Shown here: in pieces, positions 45,476 to 56,900 of the stretch
How positions within the stretch are numbered: the stretch's first letter is position 1
Layout: each line of letters opens with the position of its first letter
DNA from: an uncultured archaeon
GTDB lineage: Archaea > Asgardarchaeota > Thorarchaeia > Thorarchaeales > Thorarchaeaceae
Assembly: GCA_964648855.1 (NCBI GenBank)
Contig: CAZYLT010000001.1
Coordinates: 342,299-406,298, forward strand
DNA length: 64,000 nt
Direction of reading: 5' to 3'
Translations under genes and position numbers: made by a program
The notes under the pieces: model-generated
The model's input: the letters and a program-made list of their open reading frames with translations, nothing else
The model's database searches: none
Told to the model about the DNA's origin: nothing

Positions 45476-45878
45476 TAGCTCTAGGACTCGTCATCTTCTT
45501 AGGAAGGAGATTGTATGTCTTCAAAGATTACTTCTTCAGATGGCATTCTATGTTAGCCTGCTTCAAGCATTTTCTTCTCTTTTACTCATAGAGCCTTGTG
45601 TGTTGTGTAGATGCCTATAACAAGAACAAATTCTACCAATGCTCCAATTTGACCTGCAATAACTTGACCCGCAAAGAGAAGGGCTATCAATAGACGGGGC
45701 AGCTATAATCTCACTGCTATCAGTCGTCCTACTACAGCAAGGTTTCTTCCGCTCGCTTCTTCATCGCTCACAGTGTATTTCATATTATCAAGAACAATAA
45801 CGGTTTTGTCCAGTTACGAAAATGCATCTTAGTGAATATTTTTCTGTTACTAAAACACATGTACCGTGTGGTTACTTG

Positions 45879-47165
45879 ATGAAAGTCAGTCTTGCATATG
45901 GAAGAGAAAAGGTAGAACTTGAGATTCCTAAGAAGAATCTTGCAGATGTTATTGAACCAAGGAATCCCGAAACCATAGCTGATGTGGAGGAGGAACTGAA
46001 TCGTGTTCTTGACAATCCACATGGCCCGATGCTTGAGGATCTCAGTCGTGGGAAGAGTGTCTGCGTCCTCGTAGAAGACCATACACGTGATGAGCCACAT
46101 TGGGAACTTCTGAATACGACCGTTCCACGCCTAAAGGATGCAAGTATGGTCCAATTCATTATCACTACTGGATCGCACGAGGTCAAGCATACAGGAAATC
46201 TCGAAATAGTGGAGATGATTCATCGAGCAGCACGCTCAGCCAAGTTAGAAAACTATGATGTGGTCATCAACGATTGCCAAAGTGAAGATGTGACAGACCT
46301 AGGAACGACATCAAGAGGAACTCCCGTCATAATAAATGATGCAGCAGTAGGTCACGGACTCTTCGTGCCTCTTGCAGACATGAAGGCACACTATTTCGCT
46401 GGTTACTCTAATGCTCTGAAGGACTTCTTACCAGGTATCTGCGCGTTTGACAGCATAGAAGCGAATCACTCCATGGCACTTGATGTCAATTCCACTTTTG
46501 GCCGTCATCCCTATCACCCCAATGAAGATAGAAGAAATAACCCACTGGCTGATGATATGAGAGAAGCGTTTGAGATGATTACGAAGGATGCACGGGTCTT
46601 TACGTTGTCAGTCATTTCAGCAGGTGAGGAGATAGCATGGGCCGATGCCGGTGAAGTAAAACCGGTGATTGCTAGCGGAATTGAGGTGTTGGACGAAACT
46701 ACAAGTTTCACCATCAAGCCAACCCCTAGGATAGTCGTATCTCCAGGCGGTTATCCGCAGGACAAGAGCTTGTATCATGCACAGAGGGGATTAGAGCTTA
46801 CCAAGAATGCTGTATCCGATGGAGGAGAGATTCTGTTCCTAGCAGAGTGTAGAGATGGTATTGGTCCCGGCTCTGCAATTGAGAATTTCTACAACAAACT
46901 GACGATGCCACTTGATCGAGTGATAGATAGCATAAGTGACGAGTACAAACTCTATCAGCATAAGGCGTACAAATTTGCCCAATTGCTCAAACGCGTAAGC
47001 TCCATAGACATGTACACAGACTTGGAAAAGGATGATGTGGAAGCTGCTCATCTCAATAAGGTTTTCAATCCACAGGAAACTATTGATAGGTGGCTTGAAG
47101 AAGATCCTGATGTGAAGGTCACAGTTTTGGATAAAGCTAACAAAATAGCAGTCTACGCGTCTTAG
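45879..47165 (+). CDS. LarA-like (DUF2088) lactate racemase family protein
   Basis: N-terminus MKVSLAYGREKVELEIPKKNL matches the LarA_N pattern (MxIxLPYGKExIExxIPExNL), and the length is ~430 aa. The family assignment rests on recalled N-terminal domain similarity; LarA-family conserved His residues were not positionally verified. Track ATG 45822; alternative ATG 45879. Confidence 0.5.
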   Translation: MKVSLAYGREKVELEIPKKNLADVIEPRNPETIADVEEELNRVLDNPHGPMLEDLSRGKSVCVLVEDHTRDEPHWELLNTTVPRLKDASMVQFIITTGSHEVKHTGNLEIVEMIHRAARSAKLENYDVVINDCQSEDVTDLGTTSRGTPVIINDAAVGHGLFVPLADMKAHYFAGYSNALKDFLPGICAFDSIEANHSMALDVNSTFGRHPYHPNEDRRNNPLADDMREAFEMITKDARVFTLSVISAGEEIAWADAGEVKPVIASGIEVLDETTSFTIKPTPRIVVSPGGYPQDKSLYHAQRGLELTKNAVSDGGEILFLAECRDGIGPGSAIENFYNKLTMPLDRVIDSISDEYKLYQHKAYKFAQLLKRVSSIDMYTDLEKDDVEAAHLNKVFNPQETIDRWLEEDPDVKVTVLDKANKIAVYAS

Positions 47166-48682
47166 ATGTTGTCCAGTCTTATTTCAGATATCGCACGGTA
47201 TAGTCGCCTATATTTTTCATAGGCTCTATCATAGACCGCCCTATTTTCGGTGGTTGGCTTCAGTTGGTCTTTTGGTCGAACCATCTCTCGCGCCGCATCT
47301 GGAATCGATTTGAAGATGCCAACACCATAGCAAGCAAGAATTGCGGCGCCTAAGGCGGTTGCCTCCTCCAATTCAGTCCTGATTACGGGAACACCAAGCA
47401 CATCAGCCTGTATTTGCATCCATGTTTCACTGCGTGCTGCACCACCAGTCACTCTGACTTCATCGGATGGTATTCCAAGGGACCTCATCACCTTTAGATT
47501 GGCACGAATCTCATAGCAAACGCCTTCCAAAACGGAGCGAATCATGTGGCTGCGAGTATGCCCTAGAGCGAGTCCAGCAAAGACACCACGGGCATGTGGA
47601 TTCCAGTAGGGCGCGCCCGCTCCAACAAGGTGAGGTATGTGGATTACTCCCTCTGAGCCCGGGGCTATTTGCTCAGCTTCAGCGGTCATAATGTCATATG
47701 GGTCCATGTTCCTCTTTTCTGCAATATTGCACTCTTCTGTAGCAATATTATCCCGCACCCAACGAAGAGCTGAACCAGTCGTGAACATGCTTGCCTCCAC
47801 GACATATGACCCTGGAACCACGTGGCGACTACAGAGAACCCTTCTCTCGTTGTCCAACCGAATCCTATCAGAATGGGCAAGAATGAAGGTTCCTGTCCCT
47901 GTTGTAGCCTTTATCATTCCCTCTTCAACAACTCCAACACCCAAAGCAGCACACTGCTGATCGCCGCCTCCTGCGATAATGGGCGTCCCTGCCTCGATAC
48001 CCATTGAGCCAGCAGCGTCAGTGGTAAGCTCCCCCGCTTTTGTACCAGGAGACATTGGTATGGGCAGCTTTTTGCTGGGTATCTCCAGCTCATCTAACAT
48101 TAGATCAGACCATTGAGATGTATCTATATTAAAGAGAAGTGTACGACTTGCATTCGAGTAATCAGTGACAAAGTTTCCTGTCAACTTGTGAATGAGGTAA
48201 TCATGAACAAGGAGAAATTTATGCGTCTTGTGGAAAACCTCTGGTTCGTTGTCTTTGATCCACAGGATTTTCGGTGCAGAAAAATAGGGATCTACTGTCA
48301 ACCCAGTTGTTTCATAGATTTTCTCAGCGGGAATCGTTGCGCGGATTGCATCACATTGTACAGTGGTTCTTCGATCCTGCCAAACTATAGCGTTTCTGAG
48401 AGGAACACCACTTTCATCAACGGGAACGATTGTTTCTCTCTGATTCGTGATACTGATTCCAACGATGTCCTCACCTGAGAGTTTGCTTTCCTTGAGTGCG
48501 AGCTGGGTTGTACCTGTTGCTGTTGACCACCAAGCATTGGCGTCTTGCTCCACCCATGAGGGACGTGGATACATGCTCGTGAATTCATCATAAGCGCTCG
48601 CCTTCACTTCACCATTTGTATCAAAAATGATGGAACGTACGCCGGATGTACCAGCATCAATGGCTAGGACATATTCGACCAT
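47162..48682 (-). CDS. FGGY-family carbohydrate kinase (glycerol kinase / xylulokinase-like)
   Basis: N-terminal LAIDAGTSGVRS, PRPSWVEQDANAWW, and the conserved C-terminal GGGAR-type segment (VRVTGGAARS). Its stop overlaps the convergent LarA-like stop by 4 nt. Confidence 0.8.
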   Translation of the reverse strand: MVEYVLAIDAGTSGVRSIIFDTNGEVKASAYDEFTSMYPRPSWVEQDANAWWSTATGTTQLALKESKLSGEDIVGISITNQRETIVPVDESGVPLRNAIVWQDRRTTVQCDAIRATIPAEKIYETTGLTVDPYFSAPKILWIKDNEPEVFHKTHKFLLVHDYLIHKLTGNFVTDYSNASRTLLFNIDTSQWSDLMLDELEIPSKKLPIPMSPGTKAGELTTDAAGSMGIEAGTPIIAGGGDQQCAALGVGVVEEGMIKATTGTGTFILAHSDRIRLDNERRVLCSRHVVPGSYVVEASMFTTGSALRWVRDNIATEECNIAEKRNMDPYDIMTAEAEQIAPGSEGVIHIPHLVGAGAPYWNPHARGVFAGLALGHTRSHMIRSVLEGVCYEIRANLKVMRSLGIPSDEVRVTGGAARSETWMQIQADVLGVPVIRTELEEATALGAAILACYGVGIFKSIPDAAREMVRPKDQLKPTTENRAVYDRAYEKYRRLYRAISEIRLDNI

Positions 48683-49025
48683 CTAAACCACTGACTTGTC
48701 TAAGCGTTCACCCTTGATAAGAAGTATTCGAATTCTCTCAAGAAATGAGACACTCATTTGATGGATTAAGGTTACTTGTTATGTTTCAATGAATGAGAGC
48801 TCGTATGATTTGACTGTGAATAGTTGATTCTTTTGTGCTTTATCAGTGATGGTCTTCTCTGAAAGCAATCTGATGGTCGGTACAGCTTAGTAGACTGGTT
48901 AATGGGTCAGTGGACTGCTCTCCTGAACCAGCATTTGAACACCATATTGTTTCATTCAAGGTTGAGGAGGACCACCGATGAATGATGCAGTGTATGGCAG
49001 GTCATGTGGCAATATCAAGCCTGGA

Positions 49026-51920
49026 TTACATAGTTCTTTTTTTCATTTGTTCCTGCACAAATTTTCTAATCTCATCTGCAAAGAAAATCGAACTGGATAC
49101 TGAGATGATTACCATCCAATCCCACATAGATAGCGCGGTGGTCCCTAGTACCGCCTGGAAGAAGGGTAGAATAGTGGTTAAAACCAGCAACAATACAGAA
49201 GTCATTATTGCAATATAGAGGTATTTGTTAGTCAGAAGCCCAAGGCTAAAGAACGATTTGGTCCGTGACCTGCAGTTAAGGGAGTTAAATACTTGGAACA
49301 TAGCTAGGGTCGTGAACCCGAGGGTCTGTGCTCTGATAAGCCCTCCAGTGGCGTAACCTTCAGCAAAGACCCATAATGTTCCAATAACCATGAAGACGCT
49401 TGCGTAGAGGATGTTTAGGAGAATCTCTCCATTCACTATATTGGTAGTAGGATCCCTCGGAGGTTCTTTCATGACATCGTCTTCTTTGGGTTCCATAGCT
49501 AGAGTAACATCAAGAATTCCGTCTGTAACTAGGTTTACCCAGAGTATCTGTATGGGAGCAAGAATCAAGGGGGTAGCAGGCAGGAGAATCAGGGCCACTA
49601 GTATTATCAAATCCTCTCCAATATTCGTGCTGAGAAGATATTTCACAACTTTCTGTATGTTTTTGAATACCACACGCCCTTCTTCGACTGCACTGACTAT
49701 GCTGGCAAAGTTGTCGTCAGTTAGCACCATATCAGCAGTTTCTCTCGTGACATCTGTTCCAGTGATGCCCATGGCGATGCCGATTTCGGCTGCCTTTAGA
49801 GCAGGTGCATCATTTACTCCGTCTCCGGTCATAGCCACAATGTGGCCCCTTCGCTCAAGGGACTCAACGATTCTATACTTGCTTCCAGGAGATACCCGAG
49901 CGAAGACGGATGTTTCATCAACCACAGCATCCAACTCTTCCTCGCTCATCTTGTCTAATTCCGATCCGGTAATAACCTTAGACCCATGCTCCAGAATTCC
50001 AACTTCCCTCGCAATTGCTTCTGCAGTCAAATGATGGTCTCCAGTCGCCATAATAACCTTGATTCCTGCGTCTTTGCATTGTTTGACTGCGTCTTTCGCC
50101 ATCGGCCTCGGCGGATCAATCATTCCTACAAGACCAACGAAAATTAGCTCGGGATTTCCATATTGTATACGCTCCTTGAAATCCTCTACAGATTCTCGCT
50201 CTGTCGTCTGATGTGCAAATGCTAGAACCCTTAGTGCCTCACTTGCCATCTGTGTATTTTCCTCTCGGATTCGCCTCCGTTTCTCTGGTGTTAACTCTTG
50301 GACCTTCCCGTCCTCAAAGAAGTGCGAACACATCCGGAGTACATCTTCAGGTCCCCCTTTCACGAATGCTCGAATGCTTTCACCAGAAGACTCATGGAAA
50401 GTCGCCATGTACCGATACTTGGAGGTAAACGGAATCTCGTCTACCCGAGGATAGTCGTTTTCCAGTTCGTGTTTCTCAAGTCCAGCCTTTCTCGCGGCAA
50501 TCAACAGAGCGCCCTCGGTTGGTTCGCCCTGTATAGTGAACCGATTTCTCTCATTGCTCTCTTCTTGACTCAGGCGGGCATCGTTGCATAGAGTTGCGAT
50601 TTTCAATAGAAGTGTGAGAGCTCGATTTTCTCCGTGGTCTATCGGTTCATTCCCAACTTCAAAATGCCCTTCGCGAGTATAGCCAACACCAGTTACGCCG
50701 ACTATTCTGTTATCGGACAGAATCTTTCTCACCGTCATTTGATTGGTTGTCAGAGTTCCGGTCTTGTCAGCACAAATTGCTGAAGCTGAGCCCAAAGTGT
50801 CAACTGCCCGGAGCTTTCTAATGATTGCATTGCGTTTGGCCATTCTCCGAACTCCAATGGTTAGTGCAACTGTTGTAACTGCGGGCAGACCTTCGGGTAT
50901 AGAGGAAACTGCAGATGCCAATGAGTAGGCGAGTATATCATTGAAGTTGAGTAGGCGCAAGATACCGATTAGCAAAGTCAGTCCTGCAACGAGAATTACC
51001 AAGACCCCTAGGTACCTGCTAAGAGAATTAATCCGCTTCTGAATCGGAGTTTCAGACTCATCAGTTTCTCTCACAAGCTCCGCTATTCGTCCCATCTCAG
51101 TTTCCATGCCAGTGCTAACCACGATGCCTTTTGCTCTGCCGTGTGTCACTAGGGTGCCAGAGAAGACCATGTTTTTCCGATCTGCAATAGAGAGGTCCTC
51201 CTCAATCACACCAACTCCTTTCTCCACTGGGGTAGACTCACCAGTTAGCAAAGACTCATCTGTTTCAAGATTCATAGAATCATACAGGCGAATATCTGCA
51301 GGAACCTTGTCTCCCTTGTTCAGGAGGACTAAATCACCAGGGACTAGTTCTTTTGAATTGATACTAATTTGGATACATTTGCCGTCGTCACGGCACTCTC
51401 TAATCACCTCAGCTTTCGGGGCAGCCATCGATTTTAATGACTGGATGGCAGTTTCAGCTTTGTATTCTTGAGAGAAACCGATGACGCTGTTGACGCCTAT
51501 GATAATGGTGATGACAAGTGCATCAATGGATTTGCCGGCGGCTAACGAAACTAATGCAGCTACAACTAGCACTCCAATGAGAGGATTTCTGAGCTGGTTG
51601 ATTAGTAACGCCGCCTTGCTAATCTCTTCCTCCTCTTGTATCTTGTTGGTGCCGTATTCTGCTAGTCGCCTTTCAGCCTCCTCATTGGTCAGCCCTTTTT
51701 TGCTAGTTTCGAGTCTTTCGAATACCTCTTGAATCTCTAACGCGTGCCAAGGAATCTTCGGATCCAGGATAACATCACCCGTCTTCTTTGTACAGTGATG
51801 AATGCCGCCATGACAAAATAACACTTCTTCTATGCCTAATGTGACGCAGACAAGCTGGGTGTGTTGGAATGCTATATCGCCGCTCTCAGAATCATAATGA
51901 CAAAGTACTAGAAACGACAT
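49026..51920 (-). CDS. P-type ATPase, type IIA/IIB cation (Ca2+/Mg2+-like) transporter
   Basis: Phosphorylation site CADKTGTLT, TGES (TGESTPV), hinge MTGDGVNDAPALK, MATGDH. ~10 TM helices, ~964 aa. The N-terminal ~35 aa preceding the canonical WHALEIQEV start carries CHYDSE...CHGGIHHC. Confidence 0.9.
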   Translation of the reverse strand: MSFLVLCHYDSESGDIAFQHTQLVCVTLGIEEVLFCHGGIHHCTKKTGDVILDPKIPWHALEIQEVFERLETSKKGLTNEEAERRLAEYGTNKIQEEEEISKAALLINQLRNPLIGVLVVAALVSLAAGKSIDALVITIIIGVNSVIGFSQEYKAETAIQSLKSMAAPKAEVIRECRDDGKCIQISINSKELVPGDLVLLNKGDKVPADIRLYDSMNLETDESLLTGESTPVEKGVGVIEEDLSIADRKNMVFSGTLVTHGRAKGIVVSTGMETEMGRIAELVRETDESETPIQKRINSLSRYLGVLVILVAGLTLLIGILRLLNFNDILAYSLASAVSSIPEGLPAVTTVALTIGVRRMAKRNAIIRKLRAVDTLGSASAICADKTGTLTTNQMTVRKILSDNRIVGVTGVGYTREGHFEVGNEPIDHGENRALTLLLKIATLCNDARLSQEESNERNRFTIQGEPTEGALLIAARKAGLEKHELENDYPRVDEIPFTSKYRYMATFHESSGESIRAFVKGGPEDVLRMCSHFFEDGKVQELTPEKRRRIREENTQMASEALRVLAFAHQTTERESVEDFKERIQYGNPELIFVGLVGMIDPPRPMAKDAVKQCKDAGIKVIMATGDHHLTAEAIAREVGILEHGSKVITGSELDKMSEEELDAVVDETSVFARVSPGSKYRIVESLERRGHIVAMTGDGVNDAPALKAAEIGIAMGITGTDVTRETADMVLTDDNFASIVSAVEEGRVVFKNIQKVVKYLLSTNIGEDLIILVALILLPATPLILAPIQILWVNLVTDGILDVTLAMEPKEDDVMKEPPRDPTTNIVNGEILLNILYASVFMVIGTLWVFAEGYATGGLIRAQTLGFTTLAMFQVFNSLNCRSRTKSFFSLGLLTNKYLYIAIMTSVLLLVLTTILPFFQAVLGTTALSMWDWMVIISVSSSIFFADEIRKFVQEQMKKRTM

Positions 51921-52482
51921 CAAAATAAAGAGTAGAAAAGATGAATCTAACCAGATTTCTACAAGCTACACCTCAATCAGTTCGGAAGAGTCCTCGAAAG
52001 ACAAAGCGAAGCCCCATCCTCCTCTCTATTGAATACGGTCCTTCAGTCAATACCAACAAAACCACGACCGCCACTTGTTCCTTTTTGCCCTTTGATAGCG
52101 GATTATGAGAATCTCTGTCTTGGCCAAAACCAGACCCAATCATATCATGAAAAATTATACCATTGGACTATCAGCATAGTCTGTAGAGATATCACTCCAC
52201 CCTTCAGCATATTCAAGGATCTCCCCAATGACTGCCCAGTCCATCTCAGAATTCTCTTGCACTCCAACAAACAATGTGGCTAGCGAAACCATGCCATAAG
52301 AGAATGTCAACGTATTAACAAAAAAGACCTCTTCAGCTTGAGTCGTTCGGAGTGCCATCGTATGCATGCACCAACAGCTTTCTCGCTTGAGGAGCTATAC
52401 CCATTTTTTTGGGTCATAAGGTTGAAACATTTCAAAAGAACTCGGCCGGCAACTGATAGGACATAGGAAACTTGGTGACTGT

Positions 52483-52770
52483 CTATTTGTAGCTCTCCTC
52501 GGTAGCAATTACCTCTCTAATATCGCGCCGTGCGCCGATGAGACTCATCTTGAGTTTGCGATTGTTCTTAATCTCCAGTTCTCTCTGCATCGCCTCTGAC
52601 CGTGTTTCAAACTGCTCAAGATGCACCAAATACTTTGGCTTGTGCATCCGAAGATAGGCTGCTCCATGAGAATCACTATGGACGTGTTCTTTAAGCCTAC
52701 GAGACAAGTCGTTGGTCTGACCAGTGTAGTAAGTACCATCTTCCGTTTCTACTATGTACAGGAAGTACAT
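52483..52770 (-). CDS. GIY-YIG domain nuclease (small stand-alone URI-domain protein)
   Basis: MYFLYIVETEDGTYYTGQTNDLSRRLKEH matches GIY-(x10)-YIG plus the conserved Arg and Glu. 95 aa from the ATG at 52770; the track start is GTG. Confidence 0.7.
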   Translation of the reverse strand: MYFLYIVETEDGTYYTGQTNDLSRRLKEHVHSDSHGAAYLRMHKPKYLVHLEQFETRSEAMQRELEIKNNRKLKMSLIGARRDIREVIATEESYK

Positions 52771-53012
52771 GCTGGCAACCACGAATGATTATGGTTGAAA
52801 CAGGAATATAGAACTTTGGCATTCGTTCGACAGATGAGGGCTTGATAGCTGCTCCTAATCATGATAGATGACATGAAAACAAAAGCCGACTACCGTGAAA
52901 CTATGTATTCCAGTAACGCTGAAAGATGTCACTAATTATCTAAGCGAAAGCACCTCCACTGAGAAACAGTTAAGGGCACTACTCAGAAGGATTACTGCAG
53001 GAGTCACTGGAT

Positions 53013-53966
53013 TTGATGAAGGCCATAGTAACTGGCTGCGCAGGATTCATCGGTAGCCATCTTGCTGAGGAGTTATTGAGACGAGGGTATTCAGTTCTTG
53101 GGATAGATAACTTCAGAACAGGAACTAGGCAAAATATGGCATCATTTCAGGAAGATAGTCATTTCCACTTCTTAGAAGGGGATATAACCAACCTCGATAT
53201 TAGGGAGCAAATCAGTGGAGATTATGATTTTCTTTTTCATCTGGCTGCTGTTTCATCGGTAAGACTGTCATGCGAAGAACCTCTAAGTGTCCATGCAATA
53301 AACACCACAGGCACACTCATGATGCTTGAGCTTGCCAGATCGTGTGGAATGCCTCGCGTTGTGTTCAGTTCCAGTGCTGCAGTCTATGGAAAACCCAGTA
53401 CCTTGCCAGTAAGAGAAGAGGAGTCAACACATCCACTTAGCCCCTATGCGGCCTCCAAGTTATCAGCCGAGAACTACCTTGCAGCATACCAGGAAGCATA
53501 TCAGCTTGAAATGACAATCCTTCGATACTTCAATGTTTTTGGACCTAGACAAGCGTATTCAGAATACAGTGGCGTAATCTCAATATTTCTGAATCAAGCA
53601 ATAAAGGGTAAGCCATTGACGGTAGAGGGAGATGGAAAACAGACGCGCAGCTTCATCTATGTTGATGATGTCGTAGATGCAACGATGAGAGCAGCTGAAA
53701 AGAAAGAGGCTTTGGGAGAGGTTTTCAATATATCTGGCACCGAGAGAATCAGTATTCGAGAACTCGCCAGAACAATCGATGATATGGTCGCCAATATGAA
53801 TCTCGGAATTGTGCATGAACGCGCACGGCCGGGTGACATTAAGGATAGCATCGGATCCATAGGAAAAGCCCAGAATCTTCTCGGATTCAGGCCAACGAAG
53901 ACATTGAAAGACGGCTTATCCGACACCTTATCGTGGTACCGCGAGCAAGCGGAACAATATGACTAG
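53013..53966 (+). CDS. NAD-dependent nucleotide-sugar epimerase/dehydratase (extended SDR, UDP-GlcNAc/UDP-Glc 4-epimerase-like)
   Basis: GCAGFIGSH Rossmann motif, catalytic YAASK (YxxxK), 317 aa. Confidence 0.85.
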   Translation: MMKAIVTGCAGFIGSHLAEELLRRGYSVLGIDNFRTGTRQNMASFQEDSHFHFLEGDITNLDIREQISGDYDFLFHLAAVSSVRLSCEEPLSVHAINTTGTLMMLELARSCGMPRVVFSSSAAVYGKPSTLPVREEESTHPLSPYAASKLSAENYLAAYQEAYQLEMTILRYFNVFGPRQAYSEYSGVISIFLNQAIKGKPLTVEGDGKQTRSFIYVDDVVDATMRAAEKKEALGEVFNISGTERISIRELARTIDDMVANMNLGIVHERARPGDIKDSIGSIGKAQNLLGFRPTKTLKDGLSDTLSWYREQAEQYD

Positions 53967-56900
53967 GTGACCGTCAACATGAGACTCAGCTGGTCCTCGA
54001 TGCCTTCCTCACTTCGAAGAGTAATGACCACCAAGTATTGAGCCAATACAATGCCATCAGGTAGATATGCTGTCACGGATGGATTTGTTCCATAATAGTC
54101 GCCGGGGCCCACTGTTCCAATATTGAGTGAAAATGTACTGTTCGAAGGGGAAATGGTAGGTTCAACTTCTGTACCGTGCCAAAATACAGAGAAGTTGCCA
54201 GCTGCAACCGTGATATCAACAGTCAAGTTATGTTCAATATTGTCATTGTTCCGCAGTATCATAGACAGTCTCGAAAGTTCTCCCGATTCAATAGTAATGG
54301 GATTAAAGGCAGCATTCTCTATCCCAACCTCTCCCTCCTCAATGGCAGTACGGTTCAAAAGCCCAAACATCTTGTAGTATGCTTCAATAACATTGTCACC
54401 TAGGGTAACTCTTTCTCCTGTACGTGCATCAACTAGTCCAACACCACCAAGCTTCTGAATTACTCTATCTATCGATGTTTCAACGACTAGAAACACTGGA
54501 ATTACAAAGAATAGGTCACCACCAAGATGGTAGATAAGCCGATTTCCAATACGATATTCGCCCCAGAGCTGCAATTGAGTGCGTACTTCGTCACTGGTTT
54601 CAAATGCCTGAACAGCAGCGTTTGGCCCAAGTAACGTAGAAAATCCTTGGCTTGAAGCACTGTAGAATTGCAACTTGCCGAAATCCCTGTTCCCACAGCC
54701 CACCATATATATCCCCGCAAGATTTCGTCCTGCAGAGTTTAAGAACTCAGAATTATGGGTTGCAACAAATCTATCAACTCCACCTATACGTATCACGATG
54801 TAACGAGTGTCCGAATCTTCCGGTGATTCATGGAAATCATTCCCGCCCTTCCAGAGGAATCCATCGGTCACATGATAGATGTATGCCACCTCAAGCTGAC
54901 GTTCATACAAGTCCTCAGGCCACTTCATCTGCCTTTGAAGCCACTCGGGTGGAGCCCGCCAGTCATAATGATCATAGAATGTCTTGTCGATGAAAAAGGA
55001 CGAGTCTCCCGATGGCTGGCTATAGAACTGCATATCCCCATTTTCGATATCAACGAGTGCGACTCCGATGAAGCGCAGATACTTCTCGTGGGCATATCCG
55101 GTGGCAAGCCTATAATCAGCATATATCGATACGGCATAACTCAAAGACCCGTTCGGGGCCACTACGATGTAGGGGTCGTTGTCCACCCGGAGCCCCTGTA
55201 ACAAGATGTTTTGAACACGGGATAAGACATTTCTTTCAATAAGAATATCCATCTCCTGTCCGAGGAATGACCAAGCTTCCGGACCCTGAGTTAACATATA
55301 ATAAAAGGACTCAAAACCACGTAGCATATAATCTGCCTCCCCCTGAAATGAGGTGCTGCCAATCTCTTGAACAGATGGAACATTGGGAAACACGTGCCCT
55401 CTGAACCCAATGCCCTCACCGTAATACATCGTTACAGGCCGTGTCCTGTTAAATAGAGCTACTAAGGAATCTCCTTCTATGATATCGCCGCTATACGCAT
55501 CTAATACCACCATCCCTTCAGTGTGCGTGTAGATGAGCCTATGATTAATGAAACTGGTTGATATTGTGGCATAGTCAAATGTCAGGGGAGCGACCCAATA
55601 CTCATGCCCGTTCAAATAAACAATATCCGAATCAGCAATTTGCATCCAGTTTGTTCCAATCTGATTCTTCATGCGAAGACTACTTGCTTCTTCATCCCAC
55701 TGCCGCACGGATGTGAGGGCGTCCACCTCGCTCTCGGGGGTTGCATTTGATATCAGATCATCGATTTTGAGTTGCTCAATATCAGTTACACCTGCAGCCC
55801 AATTGGTTATGGCAATCTCTTTTCTGGTTTCGTAGTTGAACTTCCATTCAATGTATTTGTCGCCCTGCATCTGAATGCCATAGTACAGTCCTTGGATAAC
55901 AGGTAATACAACTACCATGACGATGAGAATACCAGCTAACAAACCGAATTTTCGAGGAGAAGTGCCAAGCGGTAAGAGCCTTTCCAGTTTCAATCGCCGC
56001 AATTCATTGCCTATATTAGAGCGATCCTCCATAAGCATCGAGACCCTTCGTCGGTACTCTTCCATGGAAAGAGACCCCGATTCATATTCGGAGCGAACGG
56101 AAATCAGCTCTCCTTGTAGTCTTGCTAGGTTCTCCTCCAATTGCTGAATCTTGCTTCGCAGTCGTTGATATGCATCTCCTGCATGTAGCCGCATTATTAG
56201 GAATGCAAAGGCTCCGATGAGGGCAGCAGCTAGTCCTATAATGAGAGCTAGATAGCTCATCCAAGTTCCGGCATTAGCTGTCCACATGGGAACACTAAGA
56301 ATTTCCAGTACAATGATGAGAGAAACAATGAACAACGCCTTCGAAATTATGGCGTACGAGTCACGTCGCGGAGCCAGGTAATCTACTGCTATTGAGAGAC
56401 CAATCCGACCAGCAGTGAACACAATGAATGTAGCTATCAATCCAAGATAGAGCTGATATGCCTCCAAAGCCGGCATCAACTGAATGATTGCGTCTGACGG
56501 TGTGCCGGGGTAGAATGGAAGGGAGAATAAGGTGGAAATGTCCTGCTGTGACAATGCTATTGACCCATCTCCAGTGAGCATCATGAGAAATGCAACATTC
56601 TGTCCCGTAACAGAAAATCCTCCACTTGAGATGTAGAATAGAAACAGGCATCCAAATTGTATCAATCTCCAGACGATTGCATGTGATAGCTTGAGTCTTT
56701 TGACTACTGGTCCTGTCTGAGAGAGCGCTGAAACAAATGAAATGAATGTTGATCGCTGAGGTAGCGTGATTACGCTTAGGACTGCAAGAAGAATGGAGGC
56801 ATAGAATACGTTATTCTCTAGAGTCCAGGTAGCCCAGTAATCTACACCTGCCTTCGACGAGTACGTAGATTGGTATATTGATTGTCCCAACAGCCAGCCG

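Noticed and set aside
48683-49025. 340-bp spacer between FGGY kinase and P-type ATPase as a candidate tRNA or mobile element
   Set aside because: No acceptor/T-arm pairing could be built around GGTCGGTACAGCTTAGTAGACTGG..., and there are no inverted terminal repeats or integrase nearby. This is more likely a divergent promoter region.
49411-51732. Several 60-200-aa plus-strand ORFs inside the P-type ATPase gene
   Set aside because: They are antisense to a 964-aa gene with every diagnostic P-type motif. Their products are Ser/Thr/Ala-rich low-complexity typical of antisense frames.
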